Assembly: GCF_030684315.1 (NCBI RefSeq)
Contig: NC_081357.1
Location: forward strand, 60,499,517 to 60,563,516
Length of the DNA stretch: 64,000 nt
Reading direction: 5' to 3'
From: Stegostoma tigrinum
Lineage: Eukaryota
Numbering within the stretch: position 1 is the stretch's first letter; the number at the start of each line of letters is the position of its first letter. The notes under the pieces are model-generated. The model was not told where the DNA came from. It saw nothing but the letters and a program-made list of their open reading frames with translations, and searched no databases. Of this stretch, positions 40,850-53,619 are shown one piece after another. A program made the position numbers and the translations under genes.

Positions 40850-43340
40850 GGCTGTTGAAATGAAGATTTATGTCTCAGAAACAGCTGCACATGTCGCCAT
40901 ACCTCTCCAGTACAGATGCAATACTGACATCTGGCCAATGCTGGAAAATATTGCAGGTACTTTCTGACCTGGAAAGGCAGGGCAAGTCCAATCAAAACAG
41001 TTACCATCCCATAGGTCCACACTCATTCATATGCAAAATGATAGAGGATGACAATGATAGTGCTATCAAGTGGCATTTACACAGCAATATCATGCCGATC
41101 AATTCTCAGTTTGGTTTACATCAGCACTATTCCATTCTAGACCTCAGTAAAGTCTTGGTCCAAATGTGGTAAAGTATGGAGCTTAATTCCAGAGATTAGA
41201 TGAGAGCAATAGCCTTTGATATCAAGCAGTGTTTGACCAAATGTGACAGCAAGGAACTTAAGCAAAACTACACTCATGGATATTTGGAGAAAGTGTCAGT
41301 GGGAATTAGGAGGAATAGTAGAAAGAGTTAGTTACAGCACAGAAAATAGTGGTTTACAGGGGAGGTAATGGTCTAGCAGTATTATTGCTGGGCTATTAAT
41401 CCAGAGACCCAGATAACATTCTGGGGACCTGAGTTTGAATCCCCTGTCACCTTAAACCTATACAATCTAGTTTTGGACTCCCCTACCCTGGGAAAAAGAC
41501 CTTGGCTATTCACCCTATCCATGTCTCTTATGATATTACAAACCTCGATAAGGTTACCCCTCAGCCTCTCACACTCCAGGGAAAATGGTCCCATTTCATT
41601 CAGCCTCTCCCTATGGCTCATTCAGCTCTCTAACCCTAGTAATATCCTTGTAGATCTTTTTTGAACTCTTCCAAGTTTAAGAACAAACTGTCTTCCTTCC
41701 AGCAAAGATCAGGAAAGGAGATTTTCTCTGATGATTGTTCCATGTTCAAAACCATTTACAAAGTTTCAGATTCTGAAACAGTCCATGACCACATCGAGTA
41801 AACACTGGGCAACATTCAGGTTAGGGCTGATAAGTGGGAAACAGCATTTGTGCCACATAAGTGTCAGACAATGACCGCCTTCAACAAGATAGAATTAAGG
41901 ATCTCTGCTTGACATTCAATGGCATTAGCAATTGTCACACTTCACTCTGGTAGAGCAATGGAAATAAAGCCCCGTTACTCCCGCAGTCATCACAACAGTT
42001 AGAAATTTTATCAACATACACAAAATTCCCCAACTTATCTCTCTTTTTAGACCCAGGTTTCTGTAATCACACAAATTGTTATTTATAAGACATAGATAGT
42101 TTCTAGCTACAGAAGAACAATTATGAACTGCTGGTGTGTAACTGCAACTTGTTAACACTCCTTACACTCTCGCTACACACATTCAGATAGATTAAAAAAA
42201 TGTTGATGTTTTGGCTGAAGGGAAAATTTGGGAAGACATGCCAATGTTCCCACTGTCCACAGGATTTGCAGAGATAATCCTTTTGATTTCCAGTATTTGC
42301 TGGTTGTTGATCTCTCTTTACTTCAGGTATTTTTCATTTCCTTACAGAAGATACAGAATGACTGGTTCACAACTTATAAAGCCTCTGACGTACTGGTTAA
42401 AAGCTGCATCTTGCAGCAACTGATGAGGGAAATAAACTGGCTTTCATTAGACATTGGATTTTGTCACTGCAGAGAAAAAGGAAGTATCTCCCTTTTTGGA
42501 GGCCCAAAAGCATCTGACCCTATCATTCATGCTCCCAAGCTGTTCAACTACCTGGGACACAATCACATAGTTGTTGGCAGGCAAAAGGCTTTATCGTCAA
42601 CAACTTTTCGCCATTCCACAGACCAATCAGCTACTTGTTGCTGGCTGCATCTCCCTTCAAATGTGAGCCCGGCTCCAGCTCATCTGCAGAAACCTGTTCC
42701 TATTGCTTGAACCACCAGCAGTGTTAACAACAGTTAGAAAGAGTGCCAGTAACCCCTTCCACAGTCCTTTGTCTTTAAAACAGTCCTTTTTCCATTTTAG
42801 TCTACAAGCTAAAAGACAGAAAAATGAAAAGACAGTCTTTATAAATTGCTTATCTGCTGCCATTTACATCCTAACAAGAAAAAAAATCCTCCTAGCTCCC
42901 CAAAGCCTGCATATCATTTGCAAGGCACAAGCCATCAATATGAGGGAATATTCCTCATTTTACTGGATGCGTACAGTTTGTACAGCACTCAAGAATTTCA
43001 ACACTGTTCAAGGCAAAGCAAATTGCTTGATTTGATGAAAAAAAATGGAGGAACCACAGATGTTGTTAATCAGAAACAAAAATAGAAATTGCTGGAAAAG
43101 GTCAACAGGTGTAAAGAGAAGTCAAAGTTAACATTTTGGGTCCGGATACCCTTCCCCAGAACTGAAAAAGTTCTGAGGAAGGATCAGCAGACCCAAAACA
43201 TTAACTTTGATTTCTCTTCACTGGAGCTGCCAGACCTGCTGAGCTTTTCTAGCAATCATTCGATTTGATTCCCCACCCACCAGCTTACACATTCAGCAGC
43301 TGCAATGTTAATCATTTGCAATATGCACTGCACCAACAAA
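40850..43340 (+). mobile_element. Fragmented CR1/L2-group LINE with nested SINE head, CR1 piece (41447-41680, minus), candidate LTR and Penelope fragment
   Basis: Collinear similarity to 55960-57250 (gatatcaagcag..tttgacc, tgccacataagtg, caagaatttcaacac). Confidence 0.6.
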
Positions 43341-43899
43341 ATCCTAGAATTTCCTCCATGAAGATAGACAACATGAAGTCTTGTTCCTTACCCTGAATGG
43401 TGGCTCAGCAGACCTCGTAATTTTTTACAGGGTAGAATGATGCACTGCTGTGAAATCCTGAATGTTTCTTTGAGCCCTGGTAACAATGATTGCAGCAGTC
43501 TAAGCTGAAATAGCAACAAGCTGAGCTTGCATAACTTCAGCTTGCGCTGTCCCTGTATCTCTCAGATTTTGAGTTCTTTTTTATTGTGCTGCAATGGAAA
43601 CTGAGATATTGGCCATCAAATGCCAGATCACGATTGGATCCATAAGTGATGTCTCAAACTGGCAATTTATTCCATGCTGGGGTGGGTCAGTTCAACATTT
43701 TGTGCTAAAATCTATGCCAACTCAATGCCAGACAACTCCATTGCCCTTGACAGTGACTAAAATCTCTCTGACTGGTCTGCCAAGGCGTTGCGTATTTCAT
43801 TATGTCTTCCCAGCAATCTCTTCCTATATGCTGCCTCATTGGAGTCTTCATCTGCATCCAACATTATAGAACTAATGCACGAACTCACATTCTGGCTGC

Positions 43900-45210
43900 T
43901 TGTCATGTGCACTGCCCTTTCTTCTCGCCTGTCTGTATTATACTGATACCCGGCTGACTTACCATGTCCAGCCCTACCTCAATGTTACCCTCTGAAGTAT
44001 GTATAGTGCCACTATCTGAACTGGTAGCTGAGAATATCAGGCCAGTGGATGGTGTATCATCTTCAAGTTCATCTGCCTGTTCCACTTCACACTCTTGCAT
44101 AACTGCCTGGGCAGATGATGTTTTTATGGAAGAAGAGAGAAGAGGTAAGCTTGTGGAAAGAGAAGAAAGGAAAGCAAGAGCTGCATGTTCATATTGTTGT
44201 GTAGCTTGGGGATCAGCACAACTGAAATAATGAAGTAGGAATCCAAATGCAGGAAGGTGCATGCAATGGGACCGTGCCACCATTTTTGTATTCTTCCATC
44301 CCTGTTGTTGGTCGCAGCCTCAGTTACGATGTTTCAAGAATGGCAGTCAATTCACCTCCATTAAGAAAAAGACCTGCCGCTGTCTGTTCCTAAGGTAGGG
44401 GTCAGAGTTTCAAAATAACAGGATGTCAGACAGAGATGAGGAAACATTTTTTTTCTCTCTGAGGGTTGTTTTTCGGAGTACTCTTTCTCAAAAGGGAGTG
44501 GATGCAGAATCTTTAACTATTTCTAAAGCAGAGGTAGACAGATTCTTGGTTACCAGGAGAATGAAAGATTATCAGGGATATGCAGAAATGTAAAGTTGAG
44601 GTTAAAATCAGATCAGCTATGATTTTATTGAAAGGCGGAACAGGATTGAAGGACTGAGTAGCCTACTGTCGATGCATGATCATAGATTAGTATGTCCGTG
44701 TCCCCAGCAATAAGCTGCTACTGCTTTTAATTTTGTATTGGGTTGACAGAGAAGGGAGGAGAAAATGTGTCAGTTAAGTGTGATGCATTATGTTTGACTG
44801 TGCTTGCTGCTGTTGTACTTCAATGACAGCAAGTGTGTGCAGTCTCTGAGTTATGGGTGTGAGCCTTGCAAACATGTTAAGGGTGTAGTGAAGTTATGAA
44901 TGTTGTATATGAAACCTGATTAATGGATGCTACTGGTGGATGACAGAAAGACAGGGATATGATGTAGTGAGCAATGTGTGAGGCTACCATTGCAGTTGAT
45001 GGAATTCATTTACACTGACTGCTCATGTCAGGGCATTAAACTTCACTGGTATTGATCTGTACAACTATCCTCCTTAGAGGTTGACAGGAATCTCCTTGCC
45101 TTTTGGGAGTAGAATAACTTTCTCCTCCTGTTGATGTCTGGCATGTAGTCCTCTGGACTGGTATTGGAGAGTCTTGCCACCCATTCTCTATGACATTGTG
45201 CTATTCCTAG
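43900..45210 (-). mobile_element. PIF/Harbinger-type Myb/SANT gene relic, interrupted by a CR1 3' end (about 44390-44690, plus)
   Basis: Minus translation AQCHREWVARLSNTSPEDYMPDINRRRKLFYSQKARR...KFNALT near 45020-45205; acidic S/T-rich ORF 43903-44283. Confidence 0.5.
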
Positions 45211-45645
45211 GTCTTACTCATGTCAACGTTACATTTGTAAAGAATTCCAATGGATACCAGATCCACCTAAAACACACTTGCACTTTAGTAGGTTCGGAGT
45301 TAAATTGGCATTAGTCTCTGATAATTTTAGACACAGTATTCAGATGTGCTGTGTTCTTCAATCATGTGAATGAATAGGCAATACAAAGCTACTATGCTAT
45401 CAGTATTAAAATGACAAGTGGAGATTAATTGTACATCAGGGTGAAGCCACCCATTTTTGGGCCTCAATCACAGTTTTCCCCAATGCCTTTTTGCTTTCTA
45501 TATTAGAAAATGAATGAATCAAGAAGTTACCTGTGCAAGATTACTGCTGATCTGTTTTTAATTAAAATCCATCTCATAATTAATTCCAAGGTGCAGTTAC
45601 TGTTCTATTATTTTCAATTTTTTTAACTGTATCCCTTCCTTACAG

Positions 45646-45826
45646 ATTGGTTACTATGGATACAGCAGTTGTTCTGGATGTTTGAGATGTGAATGTGCTC
45701 TGGCTTCTAAGGATAAATATTGTGACCCTTTGAGTGGACGGTGTAGGTGCCTACCTGGAGTCACGGGAAGACGTTGTGATCGGTGTCTGTATGGGTTCTG
45801 GAACTATGGACTAAATGGGTGCCAGA
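45646..45826 (+). CDS. LAMA4: Extra LE-repeat exon (LAMA5-like), phase 0-1
   Basis: ccttacag|ATT...A|gtaagt; 181 nt; [60 protein letters not shown]. Confidence 0.92.
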
Positions 45827-46129
45827 GTAAGTTTAATATAGTAACGTTATCAGAAATCGAAAGGTACGAATGACAATATCAACCAAATAAAACAACAGAA
45901 CAAATTAAATAAAATGGGATAGGAGATAATTTAAAGTGAAGACCTTTGTTACTAGTTCAAAAGTAATTCATTTTCTGTGTAGCACTTTGAAACATCTTGA
46001 TCTGATAAGGTACCATATAAATGTAAGCATTATTATAGCTTAGACAAGAAGAGATCTTGGACTGCATTATTGAATAAAGATAGTGCATTTTTTTTCCCCA
46101 GAGCAAACTGATAAAGTCCATAATCCATG

Positions 46130-46350
46130 ACAAAAACCCAAATTGCTGGAAATGTTCAGCAGGTTTAGTAGTATCAGTGGAGAGAAATCAGAGTTAATGT
46201 TTCAAATAGAGTGATCCTTTCTCAGAACCCTGAGGAAGAGTCACTTGACCCAAAATGTTAAGTCTGATTTCTCTCCACAGATGCTGCCAGACCTGCTGAG
46301 CTTTTCCAGTAATTTCTGTTTTTGTTTCTGATTTACAGCACCTGCCATTT
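46130..46350. mobile_element. Inverted pair of Penelope-type termini (older family)
   Basis: aattgctgga...gagagaaatcagagttaa / ttaagtctgatttctctcc...tccagtaatt; similar copies at 43050-43257, 52965-53105, 59665-59875. Confidence 0.65.
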
Positions 46351-46411
46351 TTCTCAGTGCATAATCCACAAATTGGAATTTCTGAAGTTTACTTATATTT
46401 TTTGTCTTCAG

Positions 46412-46498
46412 GGTGCAATTGTGAAGGGCAATGTGACAGTGAGACAGGAGAATGTCTGTCAGCGCCCACCGAATCCCCAACTGACTGCTCTGTTGTCA
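46412..46498 (+). CDS. LAMA4: Laminin alpha-4-like exon (truncated last LE plus linker), phase 1-1
   Basis: gtcttcag|GG...A|gtaagt; 87 nt; (R)CNCEGQCDSETGECLSAPTESPTDCSVV, like LAMA4 CNCGGGPCDSVTGECL..PPTGMDC. Confidence 0.9.
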
Positions 46499-48323
46499 GT
46501 AAGTACCTTCATGCAATACATGTTTTGTTAAGTAAAGAGAGGATCTCACATGATGACATCCTCGCTTCTGAGACAGTGTGACTTCTTTTCTAGAGATTTA
46601 TATTAAATTGGCGTCTATAGAACTGAACCACCAACCATGAAGGACTAAAACAGAAGGTAGATTGGTGGCTTCCTAACAGACTGGTAAGAAATCTGACCCA
46701 CAGCCATAAAGCGCTGCCAGCTGGTTAAATTGGTGCAGAGTGGATTCTGCATCTCACTGAGAAGAGATGCCACCCAGTGGAGCTAACAGTCAATCTGACT
46801 GCCTAGTTGCTCCAGCAGTGCAAGAGTTCAATAGTGAATGCTTCCAGGACTGCAACCTGGGAAGCCTTGAAGGCCCAAGAGTATTCCTGATGTCAGCTTG
46901 ATCAGGGGCAGTGGCCTGGAAGGGTTCGACCATTTTGGAAAGAGGCAATTTGAAGGTTGAAGAGGTGGTTTTGTAGAGAAGAAGGAAGGAAGGTGGTGGT
47001 GGGGGAAATGTACCATCTTCTTCAGGGAGTCCCTCTTACTCAAAGGGCATGTTTCATTGATAGCACCCCTCTGTTCCTTCTTATACTCTTAAAATCTGAC
47101 ATATTTACATGAAATCGGAGTCAAATTGAGATTTAACAGTATTGTTTGATCTTATTTATTTATTTAAGTATAGCAGGCAGGCTGCTGGTTTCAGCATCTT
47201 CCTATCCTTCCGTACTGTGGAAGTCAGCTAGGGAGTGGGTGGGAAGGTGGTGGACCGGGCACTCGCTCTGTTTTATGTGCACCTCCCAACTGTGTAAACT
47301 GCATTTGGCTGGAACCTGTATAATCCAGTCTACCATTATTAAGACCAGCTGTCAATTCCAGATTTTATTAATTAAATTTAAATTCCTCACGTTGGGATTT
47401 GAGCCTAGATCCCTAATCAGGTTTTCTGGATTACTCATCCAAAAAACATTACCTCTATGCAACCCTCCCTTCAAACTGTTCCTTCTTTGGCAAGATCTGC
47501 TTCAAGGACATTCTGGGCAGTCTGATTAGCTGACAGTTCTGTCATCTCAGTAGCGCCACCTAATGCTGTCTTCATTGTAGGGACTACAAGCAATCTAGCC
47601 AAGCTAAATGCCAGAGCCATCAGGACCAAGTTGGTATGTGGTGTCATGGTGAAACCAGAAGAAGAGTGTATGGCATCGATGGCAGAGCCAGTTGGGAGGG
47701 AGCAGCCAGAAGGCTGAGTGAAGGGTTTGTCGAATCTTGAAAAAGGTGCCAGCGATGCACGCAACCTTTTCTGACCTGAGGCCTAGGCATGGTGGTCTTC
47801 CAGGCCTTTCCCCGCCGATCCCGGTGACTGAAGTACATCTGCCAGCTGTAAAAGTGACACTGGACATTAGAAACCCTTGAGGGACAAAGAATTGAGGGCT
47901 GCAGTTGCGAGAGGGCAAGAGTTCTGCTCAAGGTTGACCCATCTTGCTTTTCAACATCTTATCAGCTTAGCGAAGAGGAGCTAATTTACACTGAAGTGGA
48001 GAATGAACATTGAAAATTCCTAGTCTGTATAACCGTGTGATGAATATTCCTGGAAAATGATACGTGGCGACATTTGATTCACTGTTTTGTTGTATATTTT
48101 CCATTTCTCTTGCAGAACAATTGAACAAATAGTTGGATTCCCATGCATGTATAAAGGCAGCCATATTCAAAAAGAGGATGGTTTGTGAATGGACAACAAT
48201 GTGCAGCCTTTGACCATACAGCTGCATTACCATTGAGAGAAAAGCTGAAAAAATCCTGTGCTGTTTCTGATAACATTTTACCGTGCTTGCCTCTAATTCT
48301 GTATTGCTCTTTTATCTCAACAG

Positions 48324-48475
48324 GATGTGACAAGTGTGTCTGGGACTTAATTGAAGACCTAAAGTTATCGGGAGTATCATTAGGAGAAGCTAGGTCGAGT
48401 GTTCTAAATGTTATTACTGGAGATGCCATTAATGACCGCTTACAGGAATTCAATACCACAGCAATTCACTTCAGT
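48324..48475 (+). CDS. LAMA4: Laminin alpha-4-like exon (start of coiled-coil), phase 1-0
   Basis: caacag|GA...AGT|gtaagt; 152 nt; CDKCVWDLIEDLKLSGVSLGEARSSVLNVITGDAINDRLQEFNTTAIHFS; CDKCVWDL is LAMA4-typical. Confidence 0.94.
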
Positions 48476-48886
48476 GTAAGTGCCAGCAATGAAAATCAAA
48501 TAGGGCTGGTACTGTGATTGATATTTACTTATTGATTTTGTATTTTTCCCCTTATTACATATTTTACTGCTGCTAAATCAAGGGCTGTAAAGTAGATGTT
48601 AAATTTATGCCACATTCAATTTCCTAAGACATTAATATTTGTCTGACAGATTGGCTTTGTCAAGTCTGAGAAGATAGCTTTAAACAAATTATGCTGAGGA
48701 AGGCAAATTGAGACAGAAGGGTTAATGGTGTAGTGTACAGTGAAATATAATTCCCTCATTCCATGTTTTACGCTTATTATTCAAGAGCAGTTAATTGTGG
48801 CTGTCCATGCCATGATACGCCCTGGGAGAAGGCGAGGAGATAGGTGACAAGAACTCCTTCAGTTGGCCAACAAACTGATGGGGACG

Positions 48887-49240
48887 CAATGGCCTAGTGG
48901 TATTATCACTGGACTGTTAATCCAGAGACCCAGTTAATGTTCTGGGGAACCTGGGTTCAAATCCCACCATGACAGATGGTAGAATTTGAATTCAATAAAT
49001 ATCTGGAATTAAGAACCTAATGATGACCATGAATCCATTGTTGATTTTCAGGAAGAACCCACCTGGTTCATGAATGTCCTTTAGGAAAGGAAACAGTGAT
49101 CCTTGCCTAGTCTGGCCTACATATGACTCTAGACCCACAGCATTGTGGTTGATTCTTAACTGCCTTCTGGGCAATTAGGGATGGGCAATAAATGCCACCT
49201 AGCCAGCAATGCCTTCATCCCATGAATGAATAAAGAAAAA
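48887..49240 (+). mobile_element. tRNA-derived SINE with LINE-derived tail
   Basis: A box tggcctagtgg, B box ggttcaaatcc, tail gggcaataaatg...catcccatgaatgaataaagaaaaa. Confidence 0.8.
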
Positions 49241-49242
49241 TG

Positions 49243-49475
49243 AAAGAGTGGTGGGCCTGTGAAATTCATTGCCACGGAGTGTAGTAGAGGCCGGGATGTT
49301 GAATGCCTTCAAGGCAGAGATCGATAAATTCTTGATCTCACAAGGAATCAAGGGCTACGGGGAGAGTGCGGGGAAGTGGAGTTGAAATGCCCCTCAGCCA
49401 TGATTTAAGTAGCGGAGTGGACTCGATGGGCCGAATGGCCTTACTTCCACTCCTATGTCTTATGGTCTTATGGCC
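49243..49475 (+). mobile_element. CR1 3' fragment
   Basis: RVVGL*NSLP..VVEA...FKAEIDKFL; tail cttatggtcttatgg. Confidence 0.8.
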
Positions 49476-49664
49476 TAACATATGTCTTTCATGTTCTAAA
49501 GCATCACATTCCAGCCAGCTGGCTCTTCATCTAATAGTTAAGCTGCTTCATGAGAAGAGGCAAACTTATGCAGTTCGTTTACTATTACTAATCACCTATC
49601 AAGCACAAAGATACTTCAATTTTACAGAATTAATTCAATATGTGATATCTTTCTCTATTCTGAA

Positions 49665-52400
49665 TGTTAGTGCATCAGATCTGTGGCATGGAAACAGATC
49701 CTCCAGTCCAACTCGTTCATGCTGACCAAGTTTCCAGAACTAAACGAGTTCCCCTTGCCTGTATTTGACCCTTATCTTTTGAAACCTTTCCTATAGATGT
49801 ACCTGTTCAAATGTCTTTCAAATGTTGTAACTGTACCTGCGTCTACCACTTCCTCTGGCAGTTTATTCCACATACAAACCAACCTCTTTGTGAAAATGTT
49901 GCCCTTCAGGTCCCTTTTAAATCTTTCCCCTTTCACCTTAAAGATATGACCCCTAATTTTGAACTTCACTACCCTTGAGAAAAGACCTTTGCTTTTCACC
50001 TTATCTATGTCCTCATGATTTTATAAACCTGGATAAGGTCACCCCTCAATATGCTATGTTCCAGTGACAAAAGTCCCAGCCTATCCAGTTTGTCCTTATA
50101 ACCCGAACCCTCCTGTGCCAGCAACGCCCTAGTAAATCTTCTGTCCAATTTAATAATATCCTTCCTTTACCAGGGCAATCAGAACTGTGCACAGCACTCT
50201 AAAAGTGGCCTCAGCAACATCCTATACAAGTTCAACGTAACGTCCCAACTCCTATACCCAATGACTTGAGCAAGAAAGGCGAGCATGTTAAATGTCTTCT
50301 TAACCACACCATCTACCTGTGACGCAGCTTTCAAAGAACTATGTACCTGAAACCCTAGGTCTCTCTGTTCGACAACACTACCGAGGGCCCTAATACTAAC
50401 TGTATAAATCCTACCCTTGTTCGCTTTTTCAAGGTGTTATATCTCGTATTTATTGAAATTTAACACCATCTGCCACTCTTCAGCCTATTGGCCCAATTGA
50501 ACAAAATCCCTTTGTAATCCTAGGTAACCTTCTTGACTGTTAACCATGACACCAATTTTGGTGTCATTTGCAAACTTACTAACCAATCTTTTTAATTTCT
50601 CATCCAAGTCATTTATATAAACGACAAACAACAGTCAATCCAGCTCTGATCCCTGTGGAATATCGCTGGTCACAGGTCTCTAGTCCAAAAAGCAGCCTTC
50701 CACAACCATTCTATATCTCCTGCCATCTAGCCTATTTTGTATCCAATTGACAAGCTCTCCCTGAATCCCATGTAATCTAACTTTACTAATCATTTTATCA
50801 TGCGGAACCTTGTCAAAGGCTTTACTAAAGTCCGTGTGGACAATGACTACTGCTCTACCCTCATCAATCTTTTTGGATACATTCTCAAAAAACTCACTCA
50901 AGGTTGTGAGCCATGATTTCCCATGCACAAATGTGCATGTTGACTTTCCTTAATCGGTCCTTGACTCTCCAAATAAATGTAAATCCTATCTCTCAGAATC
51001 TCCCCCAACAACTTACCCACTACTAATGCCAGAGTCATCAGTGTACAGTTCCCAGACTTCTCCCTAAAGCCTTTATTAAACAAAAGAATAACGTTAGCCA
51101 CCATCTGATCCTCCAGCACCTTGTTAAACTTGAAAGGCTTCAGAAAAGTTGCTGGGATTGGAGGGTTTGAGTTATAGGGAGAGGCTGAATAGGCTGGGGC
51201 TTCTTTTTACCCTGGAGTTTCAGAGGCTGAAGGATAACTTTACAAGTGTGAATAGCCAAGGTCTTTTTGTCAGGGTAGGGGAGCTCACAACTAGACGGCA
51301 TAGGTTTAAAGTGCGAGGGGAAAACCTGACAAGCTACTTTTTCATGCAGAGGGTGGTCCGAGTGTGGAATAAGCTGCCGGAGGAGGTGGTGAAGGTGGGT
51401 ACAATTACAACGTTTATAAGATATCTGGAAGGGTACATCAACAGGAATGGTTTAGAGGGACTTGGGCCAAATGCTGGCAAATGGGACTAGATCAGTTTAG
51501 GATATTTGGTCGGCATGGATAAATTGGAATGAAGGGTCTGTTTTTCATGCTGTATAACACTATGACTCACCTGTGGCTACAGGTGATACAAATATCTTTG
51601 CTGGGGGCCCTACAATTCCTTTCCTAATTTCCCACAACATCTTGGGATGCACTTGATCAGCTCCCATAGATTTATCCACCTTTATGTTTTTTTAAGGCCT
51701 CCATTACCTTCTGTTCAGTAATGTGGACTGTTTTCAAGACATCAATATTTATTTCCCCGAGTTTCCCAGCTTTAATGTCTTTCTGCACAGTTAAAATTGA
51801 CACAAAATATTCATGGAGTATCTCTCTCATCCCCTGAGATTCTACACTTCGAAGAACTTGTTGACATTTCAGGGGCCTATTCTCTCTGGAGTTGGTATTT
51901 TGCTCTTAATGTACTTGTAGAATCTCTTTAGATTATCGTTAACCTTATCTGCCAAGACTATCTCATATCCACATTTAGTCCTCCTGACTTCCTTCTTAAG
52001 AATGCCCCAACAGCCCTTACACTCTTCCAGAGATTCACTTGATCCCAGTTGTCTATACCTATATATGCCTCCTTTTCATTTTTGACCATTGTTCACGAAT
52101 CTTATTAGCCTTGTGCTTCATTCTAACAGGAACATAATACCTCTGAACTCTTGTTATCTTACTTGCAAACCTCCCACTTGCCAGTCGTTCCTTTACCTGC
52201 AAATAGGCTACCCCAATCAACATTTGAAAGTTCTGTCTCGTGCTACCAAATTTTGTCTTTGTTCAAATTCAAAATTTACCTTTTATACTGAGTCTGTCCC
52301 TTTCTGAAACTATTTTAAAACTAACAGAATTACCTTCACTGGTCCCAAAGTAATTCCCCGTTAACACTTCAGTCACTTGCCCTGCCTTATTTCCCAAGAG
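49665..52400 (-). mobile_element. Degraded CR1 LINE with an opposite-strand CR1 3' piece nested at about 51121-51566
   Basis: DFSKAFDKVPH, SKFANDTK, WNKLPEEVV on minus; GLEGLSYRERL...WNKLPEEVV on plus within the insert. Confidence 0.88.
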
Positions 52401-53508
52401 AAGGTCAAGTTACAGCTGTATTATTCTCAAAAAAATCTGAGATCTCTCTACATGTTTGCTCCTCAGTTTCCTCCTAGATGTACATTTCTCTAAACCTGTG
52501 ATAAAGTTCAGTTGCAAAAGTTAGTAAACAATGTCCTTTTTTGTAGACTCCTGCATTGACCCAACAAAGCTTGTGGTCAATGAGAAGCCCTCATTTGCAT
52601 AAAGCAGGCAGACAGTAATCTCACATGCTACCGCAAATCTCCAGTTGCTTCATGCTACTGGATGCTCCAGCATTTGGTTCCTATCAGTGGAAAGAGGGCT
52701 GCATTGTGTGAGTAGACATGACCAGATTCCCATCTTGGACAGCCTGTACAGGCCCTTGACTAACAAACGGAAGTCCTAACCAACTTGTATGTCTGTATTT
52801 GCCATCGACCTATACAGGCTACATCTCTTCGACTGAGGTTACCCAGTTGATGACTCGAGTCCCAACTCTTTTCAAAAACATTCCAACAGCTTTCTGTGTT
52901 ACAGTAGGGAATTCATTTTTACCTTTTATTGGTATTTCAGTTTGGAGGGTAATTTTGTGCTCCAGGAACTAAACAGAAGTCGCTGGAAGCTCAGCAGGTC
53001 TGGCAGTATCTGTGAAGAAAAAAATCAGTGTTAGCATTTTGGATCTGGTGACCCTTGCCCAGAACATTTTTTTTGTTCCTGGTTTACAGCATCTGCAGTT
53101 CTTTGGATTTTTAATTAACCTTACTTAACCTTACTGTTAATACCTTACTTAACGTACTTATGCATTCATAACAGTTTGGAAAGCATCCAAGGCCAGCTGT
53201 GGTTACTTAAATGGTAGTGTTCAGACGCACAGCGAGTGTTCTTGTGACAGAATGCTAATGCCCCTACCCATTGGCTAAGAGGACTGGGTTCAAGTTTCAA
53301 GCGCTCGAGAATAACATTTCTGAACAAGTTGATTAAAAAGTTCCAGACACACAGCAGCATTGAACTCAGTGGCCACTCTGCTTAAAACCATTAATGCACC
53401 TGTTACATAGGAACTGTAACCATATTTTTAAAAGTTGTCAATTAAATCCAAGGTTCCAGTGATTAGAGCTTCATACTAATTTATCACCAATTATCTCGTA
53501 CAATACAG

Positions 53509-53619
53509 ATGCAGATTGCAGACATGATATCGCAATCAGAATCAAAGAAACTTCAGGCAGAAGACATTGAAGCAGCTATGACGGACCTTATTGCTGATCT
53601 CAACATGCTGTCTAAGAAG
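53509..53619 (+). CDS. LAMA4: Laminin alpha-4-like coiled-coil exon, phase 0-0
   Basis: aatacag|ATG...AAG|gtgcat; 111 nt; MQIADMISQSESKKLQAEDIEAAMTDLIADLNMLSKK; heptad pattern. Confidence 0.85.

Noticed and set aside
47470-47950. GC-richer block with several ORFs of about 100 aa
   Set aside because: No recognisable domain or splice context; most likely an unclassified repeat fragment
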